From NCBI RefSeq assembly GCF_964355755.1, contig NC_092671.1:22766070-22830069 (forward strand): a stretch of DNA of 64,000 nt, given 5' to 3'. This document shows positions 26,437-39,400 of the stretch, in pieces (positions within the stretch are counted from its first letter, which is position 1; the number at the start of each line of letters is the position of its first letter). Below the pieces are notes generated by a model, which did not search any database, was not told the DNA's origin, and saw nothing but the letters and a program-made list of their open reading frames with translations. The position numbers were made by a program, and so were the translations under genes. The stretch comes from Antedon mediterranea. Its lineage: Eukaryota; Animalia; Echinodermata.

Positions 26437-26833
26437 TGTTTTTGTTTTGTTGCGGTATAGACATCTTTTTATTTTGAGTTTTTAATATTACTATTTTTAA
26501 AATTTGGTACAATATTTTTCAGATATTACTGTACTACTTGAAAATTGTTTGTATTTCTTTCCTTTTCAACTCATTGTATATTGTATAAGTGACGTACGAC
26601 TACGATAGCGATCGAGTCGCCGGTTGACTAGTTTTATTTTGTATCTGTTGAATGTCTATCTGTATATGGAACGCACCGTGTATGAACGGGTGTCACCGTT
26701 GTAAAGGTGTAGTTTCAATAAATTATGACATCGGACGTGTGCTGGACACTCCCATTTTATTACATTTCAACTTTATATATTTTTACATTTCGAACAACGT
26801 TGAGTTCGAGAACCTATTTGAAAGTACTGAAAG

Positions 26834-26834
<1 letters not shown>

Positions 26835-26864
<30 letters not shown>
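26835..26864. repeat. (TA)n microsatellite
   Basis: About 15 TA units. Confidence 0.95.
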
Positions 26865-26868
<4 letters not shown>

Positions 26869-27174
26869 GATATTTACACGTTGTACAATTTGTACACTTT
26901 AAGTTTTGAAGTTATTGTTTTTAAAACTCAATGAGGATATTTGCTCTCTATTTTAGGTGAGTGATATGCATACTTTTATCATTATTTTGGGCAGACTTGA
27001 TGCCTGATCTAATACCTTTAAATTAAGTTTTGTATTGCATTGTTTTAGTTGTTTTAGTATTTAGACTGTACTGTGTGATTTAGTTGATCTTTTAATTTTC
27101 CATTGTGCTATCACAATGGTAGTATTGTTGCTTTCCATACCGTAGTGTTTTATTTGAAAAGTTACGATTATTTT

Positions 27175-27330
27175 ATTTGTTTTGGCCTTCACGATCGATC
27201 GAAAGTTGGTGAATCAAAGATGAAAAATGAAAATATCATGCTGGTTTTTATAGCGGGCTGCTTAAATTATTGAAATCCATTTCACATTTAATACCGTTTT
27301 TAGACGAAAACAATTATCGCAATAGGCATA
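27175..27330 (+). repeat. Dispersed repeat shared with ~54200-54375
   Basis: TTTTGGCC(T)TCACGATCGATC...TTTATAGCGGGC...GACGAAAA...TTATCGCA in both places; the 54-kb copy leads to a Kolobok-like end GGTGTCT-TTAA at 54445. Confidence 0.6.
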
Positions 27331-28529
27331 GGCCTATATAGTATGTAATTTGACATAAAATGCAGTTTGTGACATTAAATTAAATCGAAAAAAAAATATA
27401 TATACTAGTAATAAAATAAATATAAATAATATAAATAATATTAAATATAATCCCTCAAGAAAATTGTAATTCTTAAATTATTATTATTCACTCACATTTA
27501 CTTAGTAATTATTTATTAATGAATTAATATAATTACAGTAAATAATTGATGGCAAGGATCTTGCACCACAATTCTGTTATTCTAAGATCATTTACATAAA
27601 ACATAATACACAACATAAATGAAATAAAAGTTAAAAAAAAAAACATCATTTCCTATCAATTTATTGTTTTTCATCAGCATAAAGCGATAAGTATGTTTAA
27701 CATGTTTGTTATACATTTACATGTCTTTTTTAATTATTCGGTTATTACCACCAGTACATATGAATTGCAAATCAATCTCGTGAAGATTGCAAGCATGACA
27801 TTGACACTCTGTCTATTTGGTAATAAATATCACCATTGGGATATGAAATTGTTTTTTTTTCTCGTAGGAATTACAAATAATTTAAGTAAATCGCTTTTGT
27901 TTTAAGCTCATATTATAATTAACATCATTTGTGATGTTGTCAACAGCAATGTCGATGCATTCAAAAAGGGGGATATTAGTGAACAACTAACAACATCAAA
28001 CGACACAATACATTTATTCGAAGTGTCAACATTTTGGATTTACTTCACAAATGAGAACGAATCAGTCGCCACATATTGTGTAGGTAATACTGGAAGAAGT
28101 AATACACACAAAAATGTTGCAAGATTATAATTAAAAGTAAAAAAAATTAAAACCAATTTGGGAGGACAAGGTTTGTGCATCTTAGGTAAGCCATACATTC
28201 TAGCCGGTTGTGATACATTTTCTTATATATTACTTGATAAATTTTCCCTTAATTTTTTAATTGTCTCAAGAGTCTTTGTAAATGTTCTCTCTGGTGGTCA
28301 GTCTGTCTAATTAGAGCTTGTCAAGAAGGTATTTACCATCTATTGTTCGTAATTTGTACCAATTGATTTGACATAAAGAACTTTATACACAATTTCAAGT
28401 TTCTGTTCTGAGATAATATGAGTATAACTGTCACATTAATCTGATTTAAAACATGATGTGGTCGTTCTTTGGATGTGAATTCACATTTAATATTTTCAGT
28501 TTCTTAAACAATGGTTCTGAGCTTGAATA

Positions 28530-29160
28530 CGTATGTAGGCCTACAGAGATGTAGTAAGGCCAGAGTTAAAGGTAAATCATTATAGTCACATTTGGAAATA
28601 AATTGCATTAGGTCAAATGAAATGAAATACTGCCCTTCTTTTCCATGGAGTTTGCAAAGATGGAGGTGGAACAATTTTCCAGGAGAAAAAAGAACTTTAT
28701 TTACAAGCATGCTAAATACATTATCATCTCACCAGAGTGTTTTTCTCTCAATTTTCCAACGCAATTAATATGAGAGTTCTTTTTGGATAAGCTACATTTT
28801 ATAGTAGGAAAAAGAAATTTACCAAATAGTGTGGGCCTACAAAAATGCTGAATACTGCCCTTCTTTCCCATAGAGTTTGGAAAGACGCAGGTGGGAAAAT
28901 TTTCCAGGAGGAAAATCATTTTATTTACAAAATAGTGTGGGCCTACAAGCATGATGAATACATTATCACCTCACTAGAGTTTCCTCTCAATTTTCCAACG
29001 CCATTAATGTGAGAGTTCTTTTTTTTTCAGCTACATTTTTCAGAAAGAAAGAGAACCTTATTTATAGTGTGGGCCTACAAACATGCTAAATGCATTATCA
29101 TCTCAATTGAGAATTTGTTCTTCTCTCAATTTTCCAATGACATTAATGTGAGAGTTCATT
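28530..29160 (+). repeat. Degenerate tandem duplication (~3 partial units)
   Basis: Repeated GTGTGGGCCTACA, CATTATCATCTC and CTCTCAATTTTCCAA...GAGAGTTC blocks. Confidence 0.65.
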
Positions 29161-29409
29161 CTGCATCTGCTACTGTGAGACAAGATTTCAAACCTGAAAA
29201 TCTACAGCAAACGTCCTCTGCAGTCCACAGATCCACAATAACAATATAGTGTCTTGTTTGCTACACTGCCAACTTCATATCCATAATCCCAAGTAAGTTC
29301 AGTTCCTGCTCGTATGTTTCTATGAAACAAAACACAACATATTTAATGGATTTGAAATTTGTCATTTTGAAACTTGAAAAAAAAAAATGGCACTAAACTT
29401 GTTTTAACC

Positions 29410-30897
29410 CAGCAACTTAATTTCAACTGGCCATATGCTGATGTCACAACATCCGATAGCAAACATTCTTACATTAATTCATATCTAAAATTCAACAGCT
29501 AAGGTTTAAGGCCCATTCACACTAGGACGATAAAATAGAAGATAAATATGCATTTTTCCTACATAAAACAAAGCAAAAAGTTTCATAAAAAAACTATAGG
29601 ATAGCCATCTATGCTGCCATTTTTGAAAATAATGTTTTCACACATCCAATCAAATGATAATTAGTTAGAGAATTTTTTGATTTTATTAAATATGACATCA
29701 TTTGATTTGAATTTAAAAATATCATTTTCAGCGTAAGTGGTTATACTATTTTCTAGAAACTTTCAAATTTCTTTTGTTTCATGTAAGAAAAATGTATGTT
29801 TATCCAGTGTGTCGCAACCTTAAATCATAAGGGTCACTTTTCATTCTGAAGAGCTGTATAAATGAAATCACCACCCGAAAGGGGACAAATTGCCAACTTT
29901 TCTAGATCAGGATAGGAAGCGTTTTCGAGATATAAGGGGTCAAAGTTCAAAATTGACCAATTGTCAAAGTCATTTTCCAGCAATATCATCTGTTACACTG
30001 AATATAAATGTATATCTTGGGAACAATTTGCTCATATTTTTAATTCTCTCCGACCTGCCGTTACTTAGATATAGCGAAAAGAGGTCAAAGGTCAAAATTG
30101 CTAAAAATGGGTTTTTCGGTCAATTTTACAAAGAAAGTTCTGTTAGAGCTAATATAAATATATACATTGTGAAAAATTTGACACCAAAATTATCTCACTA
30201 TACGTCCAGTATTTCCAGAGATATACCATGTTTTATAAAAAAAATAACGTATTTTTGAACTTTTTCATCAAAAACGCGCGCAAATTGTTCAATTCGACGT
30301 GCTCGTATGACGTGATTTTAAGTCGAAATTGTTTAAAAGTTGATAAAATTACTAAAAAAAAAGGCTAGAAAAACATAAATCACGCGAAGAAAATATGTTT
30401 TTAACGCTACATGCGCACCGCGCACGTAAACATTTGCGGGCACGTGGGAATTTTTGACATGCTCAAAATGTCATGATCAGCGTAGAAAGTTGATTAGAAA
30501 TTAATTTTGCGCATTTTAAAACTTTAAATGCGCGTGCGCGCGTAACTTCTTGTAAAACATGCCATTTTTAATCCACAAAAAGTTTCCTCTTGATATGACT
30601 TAAACTTTCACAAAGTGTCAATTAAAAATCACTTTTAGTTTTTAATCTATGATCAATCATAAAGAATCATAAAATCGCGCGTAAGTCACCTTAAGCAACT
30701 CTGACGTCTTTCAAAAATAGGAGGTGACCAACTTCAGGTAAATGTCCACATGTTGTCAAAGTTATGAAATGTTATGTTTACACATTTTAGAGAAACGCGC
30801 TGCACAAAAATAGCGAGAAAGAAAGAAGAATAATACAGGAAAAAAAAATATTGATCCCATACAATAACAAGGAGTTATCCGCCAAGTGCGGATAACT
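29410..30897 (-). mobile_element. Degraded/partial HINE-like element(s) at the left edge of the cluster
   Basis: Shares core blocks with the 1.5-kb unit and ends in hairpin AGTTATCCGC-CAAGT-GCGGATAACT (30873-30897). Confidence 0.6.
29510..29819. mobile_element. PIF/Harbinger-like MITE, same family as 19937
   Basis: TTAA-GGCCCATTCACACTAGGACGATAA ... CCAGTGTGTCGCAACC-TTAA; internal CCAATCAAATGA / TCATTTGATT inverted core. Confidence 0.5.
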
Positions 30898-30899
30898 AA

Positions 30900-33470
30900 C
30901 TAGACATGAAACTCGTCACTTTGACGAGTTAGTTATTCGCACGACAAACGTCACGTGCACGTCATACGTTGGAATATTGCACAGAGAAAAAGATTATGGC
31001 ATTATGACCTGAACTGAAGAATATGATATTTTGTTAGTGCTGAATTCTGTCAATTTTGTGTCATATAGTATATACAGTATAATATGTATACATACATACA
31101 GTGTAAAATAAGTGAAATTATGGGACCTCCCATTTATTGCAATTTTTAACATGTTGACGGTTTTAAAATGAAACGCTAAGGTAGCAATTTCGGGAGGAAA
31201 TTATCTCAGCAACAACATATTAACGTGTAGAAGAAATTTGAATACGTGAAATATTGATGCGTGCTCTTTTAAATGTAATGAACTATTACGCAAAAAAAGA
31301 AAATATGACTTTTTTATTTAACTGGCCATATGATGACGTCACATCATTAGATTGGCAAAATTTTCACATGAAAAAACATAAATCACGCGAAAAAATAATG
31401 TTTTTAATGCTACGTGCAAGTAAAAATGTGCGCACGCATGGGAATTTTTTACATGCTCAAAATGACATGAAACGCGTAGAAAGTTGATTAGAAATTGATT
31501 TTTCGCATTGTAAAATTTTAAACGCGCGTGCGCGCGTAACTTCGTGTAAAACATGCCATTTTTAGTGCACAAAAAGTTAGCGCACGATATAAATTAGACT
31601 TTTGCTAAGTTTCAATTTAAATCGTTATATGGTTTTCGATCTATGTTAAATACGCGAAATTCATAAAAACGCGCGTAAGTCATGTTGCGCAACTCTGACG
31701 TCATTCAATTATAGGAAACCACAACCTCACGTGATTGCCCATATGTTGACAAAGTTATAAAATGTTAACTTTACACGTTTTAGAGATACGCTCTGCACAA
31801 AAATGACAGAAAGAAAGAAGAACTAGATTTGAACTCGTCACTTTGACGAGTTCGGGTTATCCGCGCATACGCAACATGCACATACTTTAAAGTATATGAA
31901 CCTCGACAATTATTATGCCATCCTTTGACATGAAATAAATATGTTTACAGTGCTGAATTGTACCTATTTTGTAGCATACATCATATTACAGTATTTACAG
32001 AATACACTGTATATGTTATATACAGTGTAGCATAGACGGAATTACGAGACCCATCATTTAAATCCAATTACTAAAACGATGACATCATCAAATTGACATA
32101 TAAAATAACAATTTTAGAAGATAATTATCTAATTAATTACATTAAAACAAATTTGAAGAATTTTGGGCACGTAAAAGTGAGATGCGGTCTCGTTTAAACG
32201 CAATGAACTTTTAAGCAAGAGGTGAAAATACGACTTTTTTTATTCAATTGGCCATATGATGACGTCACAACATCTGATTGGCAAAATGTTCACATGATTT
32301 CGTATCTACAATCCAATAGCTCCCAGAAAACGCTTTAATCATGATTATCACTTTTTATTCTGACGAGATATAACAGATTAAAATTTACTGTAAAGATGAA
32401 AAAATTGACCCACGTTATTTACATTTTTAGACATGATGACGTCATAAAAATTAAAATATTTTTAACTCCTGCGAAAGATAGTTGATTGACGTAGACAATA
32501 TTGAAATCTCGGGGAGAAATGGAATACGTATAAGCGAGATGCGCTCTGTTGAATGTGATGAGAAATAACGAAAGAGACAAAAATCCTATATTTTACATTC
32601 GTGTGGCCATACGATGATGTCATAACATCCGAGAGGTAAACATTCTGCATGAATTCATATCTACAATTTATCTTCTTGCATAATAAGTTAAAATTGGGGG
32701 TCACCTTCGATCCTGAAGAGCTATAATAGATTAAAAATAGGCATAATTTTGACAATATTTTGTAACTTTTTCAACTAAAACGCGCGCAAATGGTATAAAT
32801 CAACGTGTTCGTATGACGTCATTTAATTTCAAATGATGTCAATCTTTTTTAAAATGACTAGGAAAGGTTGGAAAATCATAATTCAAGAGAAAAAAACATG
32901 ATTTTCATGCTCCGTGCGCACCATACGCGTAAATTTGTTCGCGCGCGCAGGAATTTTTGACATGCTCAAAATGTCATGATCAGCGTAGAAAGTTGATTAG
33001 AAATTAATTTTGCACATTTTGAAACTTTAAATGCGCGTGCGCGCGTAACTTCTTGTGAAACATGCCATTTTTAATCCATAGAAAGTTTGCCCTTTATATG
33101 ACTTAAATTTTCACCAAGTGTCAATACAAAGTGACTTTTGGTTTATACTCTATGACCAATCATTGAAATTCATAAAATCGAGCGTAACTTACGCTACGCG
33201 ACTCTAACGTCATATAACAAAGTTTCCTGCACATCTACAGCTACAGGTCAATCTTATGACAAAGTTATACAATCTTATGTTGACATGGATGAGAGATATG
33301 CGTGCAACAAAATTCCGGGAAAGAAAGAAGAACAAAGAAGATGAAAAAAAGAAAGATATTTACAATAACAAGGGTTATCCGCAACTACTAAGTTGCGGAT
33401 AACCAAAAAAAAAAAAAAGATGATGAAACAGGACAGTTACAAGGAGTTATCCGCCATAGTGCGGATAACT
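30900..33470 (-). mobile_element. Helentron/HINE-like element (AGTTATCCGC type) containing a nested GGTTATCCGC-type copy at 31823-33404
   Basis: Heads CTAG..ACTCGTCA-CTT-TGACGAGT + subTIR at 30900 and 31823; terminal hairpins of matching type in reverse order at 33373-33404 and 33445-33470. Confidence 0.8.
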
Positions 33471-33472
33471 AA

Positions 33473-36400
33473 CTAGACATGTAACTCGTCACTTTGACGA
33501 GTTTGGTTATCCGCCGCGCAAGTGGTGCAACATTAACATTAAGGGGATAGGTTGAGGACAAAAGTAAGTGTTCACGTTGGAATTATGACCTGAACTGAAG
33601 AATATGATATGTTGTTATTGCTGAATTTTATATATAGTATACACAGTATAATCTCTATCCATATCACATACAGTGTAGAATAGGTGAAATTACGGTACCC
33701 ACTATTTATTGCAATTTTTAACATGTTGACGGTTTTAAAATGAAACGCGAAGGTAGCAATTCCGGAAGTAAATTATCTCAGCAACAACGTATTAGCGTGT
33801 AGAAGAAATTTGAACACGTAAAATATTGATGCGCGCTCTTTTAAATGTAATGAATTATGACGCAAAAGATGAAAATACGACCTTTTTTTTATTTAACTGG
33901 CCATATGATGACGTCACAACATCCGATTGGCAACATTTTTACATGATTTCGTATCTACAATCCAATAGCTTCCAGAAAACGTTTTAATCGTGATTATCAC
34001 ATTTTATTCTTACGAGCTATAACAGATTAAAATTTACTCTGAAGATGAAATTAATGCCACACGTAATTTAAATTTTTAGGCATGATGACGTCATAAAAAT
34101 AAAATTATTTTTAACTCATGCGAAAGATGGTTGATTGACCTAGACAATATCACAATCGGGGTGAAAATGGAAAACGGATAAGTGGAGATGCGCTCTATTA
34201 AATGTGATGAGCTATGACGAAAGATACAAAAATCCTAAATTTTATATTTGCGTGGCCATACGATGACGTCACAATGTCCGGTTAGCTATATTAATACCTG
34301 ATCCGATATCTGCAACTCATCAACTTCCAGAATATATCATCCACAAAAAGTTAGAAATTACGACTGTTTAAAAAAAGGCATATTTTTAACAAATTTGTTA
34401 ACCTTTTCATCAAAAACGCGCGCAAATTGTCCAATTCGACGTGCTCGTATGACGTAACTTTAAGTCGAAATTGTTTAAAAGTTGGTAAAATTACTAGAAG
34501 AGACTGGAAAAACATAAATCACGCGAAAAAATAATGTTTTTAATGCTACGTGCGCACCGCACACGTAAACATTTGCGCACGCGTGGGAATTTTTGACATG
34601 CTTAAAACGACATGAAACGCGTAGAAAGTTGATTAGAAATTAGTTTTGCGTATTTTGAAATTTTAAATTCGCGTGCACGCGTAACTTTGTGTAAAACACG
34701 CAATTTTTTTTCAACGGAAAGTTAGCGCATGATATAAATTAAACTTTTGAAAAGTTTCAATTTGAAATCTCATTTGGTTTTCGACCGATGTTAAATACGA
34801 GAAAATCGTTAAATCGTGCGTAAGTCACGTTGCGCAATTGTAAACATCATGAAAAGCTTCGCTTGACGACGTTACATAAATGTCAAAATGTTAACATAGT
34901 TAACAAAATGTTATGTTTGCAAGTTTTAGAGAAAAGCGTTACACAAAAATCATACAGAAAGAAAGAAGATGAAAACTAGACATGTAACTCGTCACTTTGA
35001 CGAGTTTGGTTATCCGCCGCGCAAGTGGTGCAACATTAACATTAAGGGGATAGGTTGAGGACAAAAGGAAGTGTTCACGTTGGCATTATGACCTGAACTG
35101 AAGAATATGATATGTTGTTATTGCTGAATTTTATTATTTAAATTCATATATAGTATACACAGTATAATCTGTATCCATATCACATACAGTGTAGAATAGG
35201 TGAAATTACGGGACCCGCTATTTAATGCAATTTTTAACATGTTGACGGTTTTAAAATGAAACGCGAAGGTAGCAATTCCGAAAGGAAATTATCTCAGCAA
35301 CAACGTATTAGCGTGTAGAAGAAATTTGAATACGTGAAATATTGATGCGCGCTCTTTTAAATGTAATGAATTATGACGCAAAAGATGAAAATACGACCTT
35401 TTTTATATAACTGGCCATATGATGACGTCACAACATCCGATTGGCAACATTTTTACATAATTTCGTATCTACAATCCAATAGCTTCCAGAAAAAGTTTTA
35501 ATCGTGATTATCACATTTTATTCTTATGAGCTATAACAGATTAAAATTTACTGTAAAGATGAAATTGATGCCACACGTGATTTAAATTTTTAGGCATGAT
35601 GACGTCAAAAAAATTAAAATATTTTTAACTCCTGCGAAAGATACTTGATTGACCTAGACAATATCAAAATCTGGGTGAAAATGGAAAACGGATAAGTGGA
35701 GATGCGCCCTATTCAATGTGATGAGCTATGACGAAAGGTACAAAAATCCTAAATTTTATATTCGCGTGGCCATACGATGACGTCACAATGTCCGGTTAGC
35801 CATATTAATAACTGATCCGATATCTACAACTCATCTACTTCCAGAATATGCCATCCACAAAAAGTTGACCGTCTAGTTTAGAAATTACGACTGTTTAAAA
35901 AAAGGCATATTTTAAACAAATTTTTTAACCTTTTCTTAAAAAACGCGCGCAAATTGTCCAATTCGACGTGCTCGTATGACGTATCTTTAAGTCGAAATTG
36001 TTTAAACTTTGGTAAAATTACTAGAAAAGGCTGGAAAAATATAAATCACGCGAAAAAAATACGTTTTCAATGCTACGTGCGCACCGCACACGTAAAAATG
36101 TGCGCACGCGTGGGAATTTTTGACATGCTTAAAACGACATGAATCGCGTAGAAAGTTGATTATAAATTAATTTTGCGCATTTTGAAATTTTAAATGCGCG
36201 TGCGCGCGTAACTTTGTGTAAAACACGCAATTTTTTTTCAACAGAAAGTTAGCGCATAATATAAATTAAACTTTTGCAAAGTTTCAAGTTGAAATGTTAT
36301 TTGGTTGTCGAGCTATGTTAAATACGACAAAATCGTTAAATCGCGCGTAAGTCACGTTGCGCAATTGTAAACATCATGAAAAGCTTCGCTGCACATCTTC

Positions 36401-39400
36401 ATGTGCATGACGATATGTTGAGAAAGTTACAAAATGTTATGTTTGCAAGTTTTAGAGAAAAGCGATCCACAAAAATCATACAGAAAGAAAGAAGACAAAC
36501 TAGACATGTAACTCGTCACTTTGACGAGTTTGGTTATCCGCCGCGCAAGTGGTGCAACATTAACATTAAGGGGATAGGTTGAGGACAAAAGGAAGTGTTC
36601 ACGTTGGCATTATGACCTGAACTGAAGAATATGATATGTTGTTATTGCTGAATTTTATTATTTAAATTCATATATAGTATACACAGTATAATCTGTATCC
36701 ATATCACATACAGTGACATACATAGAATAGGCGAAATTACGGGACCCGTTATTTATTGCAATTTTTAACATGTTGACGGTTTTAAAATGAAACGCGAAGG
36801 TAGCAATTCCGAAAGGAAATTATCTCAGCAACAACGTATTAGCGTGTAGAAGAAATTTGAATACGTGAAATATTGATGCGCGCTCGTTTAAATGTAATGA
36901 ATTATGACGCAAAAGATGAAAATACGACCTTTTTTATTTTACTGGCCATATGATGACGTCACAACATCCGATTGGCAACATTTTTACATAATTTCGTATC
37001 TACAATCCAATAGCTTCCAGAAAAAATTTTAATCGTGATTATCACATTTTATTCTTACGAGCTATAACAGATTAAAATTTACTGTAAAGATGAAATTATT
37101 GCCACACGTGATTTCAATTTTTAGGCATGATGACGTCATAAAAATTAAAATATTTTTAATTCATGCGAAAGATAGTTGATTGACCTAGACAATATCAAAA
37201 TCGGGGTGAAAATGGAAAACGGATAAGTGGAGATGCGCTCTATTCAATGTGATGAGCTATGACGAAAGATACAAAAATCCTAAATTTTATATTCGCGTGG
37301 CCATACGATGACGTCACAATGTCCGGTTGGCCATATTAATACCTGACCCGATATCTACAACTCATCTACTTCCAGAATATGCCATCCACAAAAAGTTGAC
37401 CGTCTAGTTTAGAAATTACGACTGTTTAAAAAAAGGCATATTTTAAACGAATTTTTTAACCTTTTCATAAAAAACGCGCGCAAATTGTCCAATTCGACGT
37501 GCTTGTATGACGTCTCTTTAAGTCGAAATTGTTTAAAATTTGGTAAAATTACTTGCAAAGGCTGGAAAAACAGAAATCACGTGAAAAAAATACGTTTTCA
37601 ATGCTACGTGCGCACCGCACACGTAAAAATATGCGCACGCGTGGGAATTTTTGACATGCTTAAAACGACATGAAACGCGTAGAAAGTTGATTATAAATTA
37701 ATTTTGCGCATTTTGAAATTTTAAATGCGCGTGCGCGCGTAACTTTGTGTAAAACACGCAATTTTTTTCCAACAGAAAGTTAGCGCATGATATAAATTAA
37801 ACTTTTGCAAAGTTTCACTTTAAAATGTTGTTTCGTTTTTGACATATGTTAAATACGAGAAAATCGTTAAATCACGCGTACGTCACGTTGCGCAATTGTA
37901 AACATCATGAAAAGCTTCGCTTGACGACGTTACATAAATGTCAAAATGTTAACATAGTTAACAAAATGTTATGTTTGCAAGTTTTAGAGAAAAACGTGCC
38001 ACAAAAATCATACAGAAAGAAAGAAGAACTAGACATGTAACTCGTCACTTTGACGAGTTTGGTTATCCGCCGCGCAAGTGGTGCAACATTAACATTAAGG
38101 GGATAGGTTGAGGACAAAAGGAAGTGTTCACGTTGGCATTATGACCTGAACTGAAGAATATGATATGTTGTTATTGCTGAATTTTATTATTTAAATTCAT
38201 ATATAGTATACACAGTATAATCTGTATCCATATCACATACAGTGAAGAATAGGTGAAATTACGGGACCCGCTATTTATTGCAATTTTTAACATGTTGACG
38301 GTTTTAAAATGAAACGCGAAGGTAGCAATTCCGAAAGGAAATTATCTCAGCAACAACGTATTAGCGTGTAGAAGAAATTTGAATACGTGAAATATTGATG
38401 CGCGCTCTTTTAAATGTAATGAATTATGACGCAAAAGATGAAAATACGACCTTTTTTATTTAACTGGCCATATGATGACGTCACAACATCCGATTGGCAA
38501 CATTTTTACATAATTTCGTATCTACAATCCAATAGCTTCCAGAAAAAGTTTTAATCGTGATTATCACATTTTGTTCTTACGAGCTATAACAGATTAAAAT
38601 TTACTGTAAAGATGAAATTAATGCCACGCGTGATTTAAATTTTTAGGCACGATGACGTCAAAAAAATTAAAATATTTTTAACTCATGCGAAAGATAGTTG
38701 ATTGACCTAGACAATATCAAAATCGGGGTGAAAATGGAAAACGGATAAGTGGAGATGCGCTCTATTCAATGTGATGAGCTATGACGAAAGATACAAAAAT
38801 CCTAAATTTTATATTCGCGTGGCCATACAATGACGTCACAATGTCCGGTTAGCCATATTAATACCTGATCCAATATCTACAACTCATCTATTTCCAGAAT
38901 ATGCCATCCACAAAAAGTTGACCGTCTAGTTTAGAAATTACGACTGTTTAAAAAAAGGCATATTTTAAACGAATTTTTTAACCTTTTCATAAAAAACGCG
39001 CGCAAATTGTCCAATTCGACGTGCTCGTATGACGTATCTTTAAGTCGAAATTGTTTAAAATTTGGTAAAATTACTAGAAAAGGCTGGAAAAACATAAATT
39101 ACGCGAAAAAAATACGTTTTCAATGCTACGTGCGCACCGCACACGTAAAAATGTGCGCACGCGTGGGAATTTTTGACATGCTTAAAACGACATGAAACGC
39201 GTAGAAAGTTGATTATAAATTAATTTTGCGCATTTTGAAATTTTATATGCGCGTGCGCGCGTAACTTTGTGTAAAACACGCAATTTTTTTTCAACAGAAA
39301 GTTAGCGCATGATATAAATTAAACTTTTGCAAAGTTTCAAGTTGAAATGTTATTTGGTTGTCGAGCTATGTTAAATACGACAAAATCGTTAAATCACGCG

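Noticed and set aside
37249-37282. GTGATGAG-CTATGA-CGAAA resembling a minimal hammerhead ribozyme core
   Set aside because: Lacks the invariant C of CUGANGA and a correctly placed UH cleavage site; not conserved in divergent copies.
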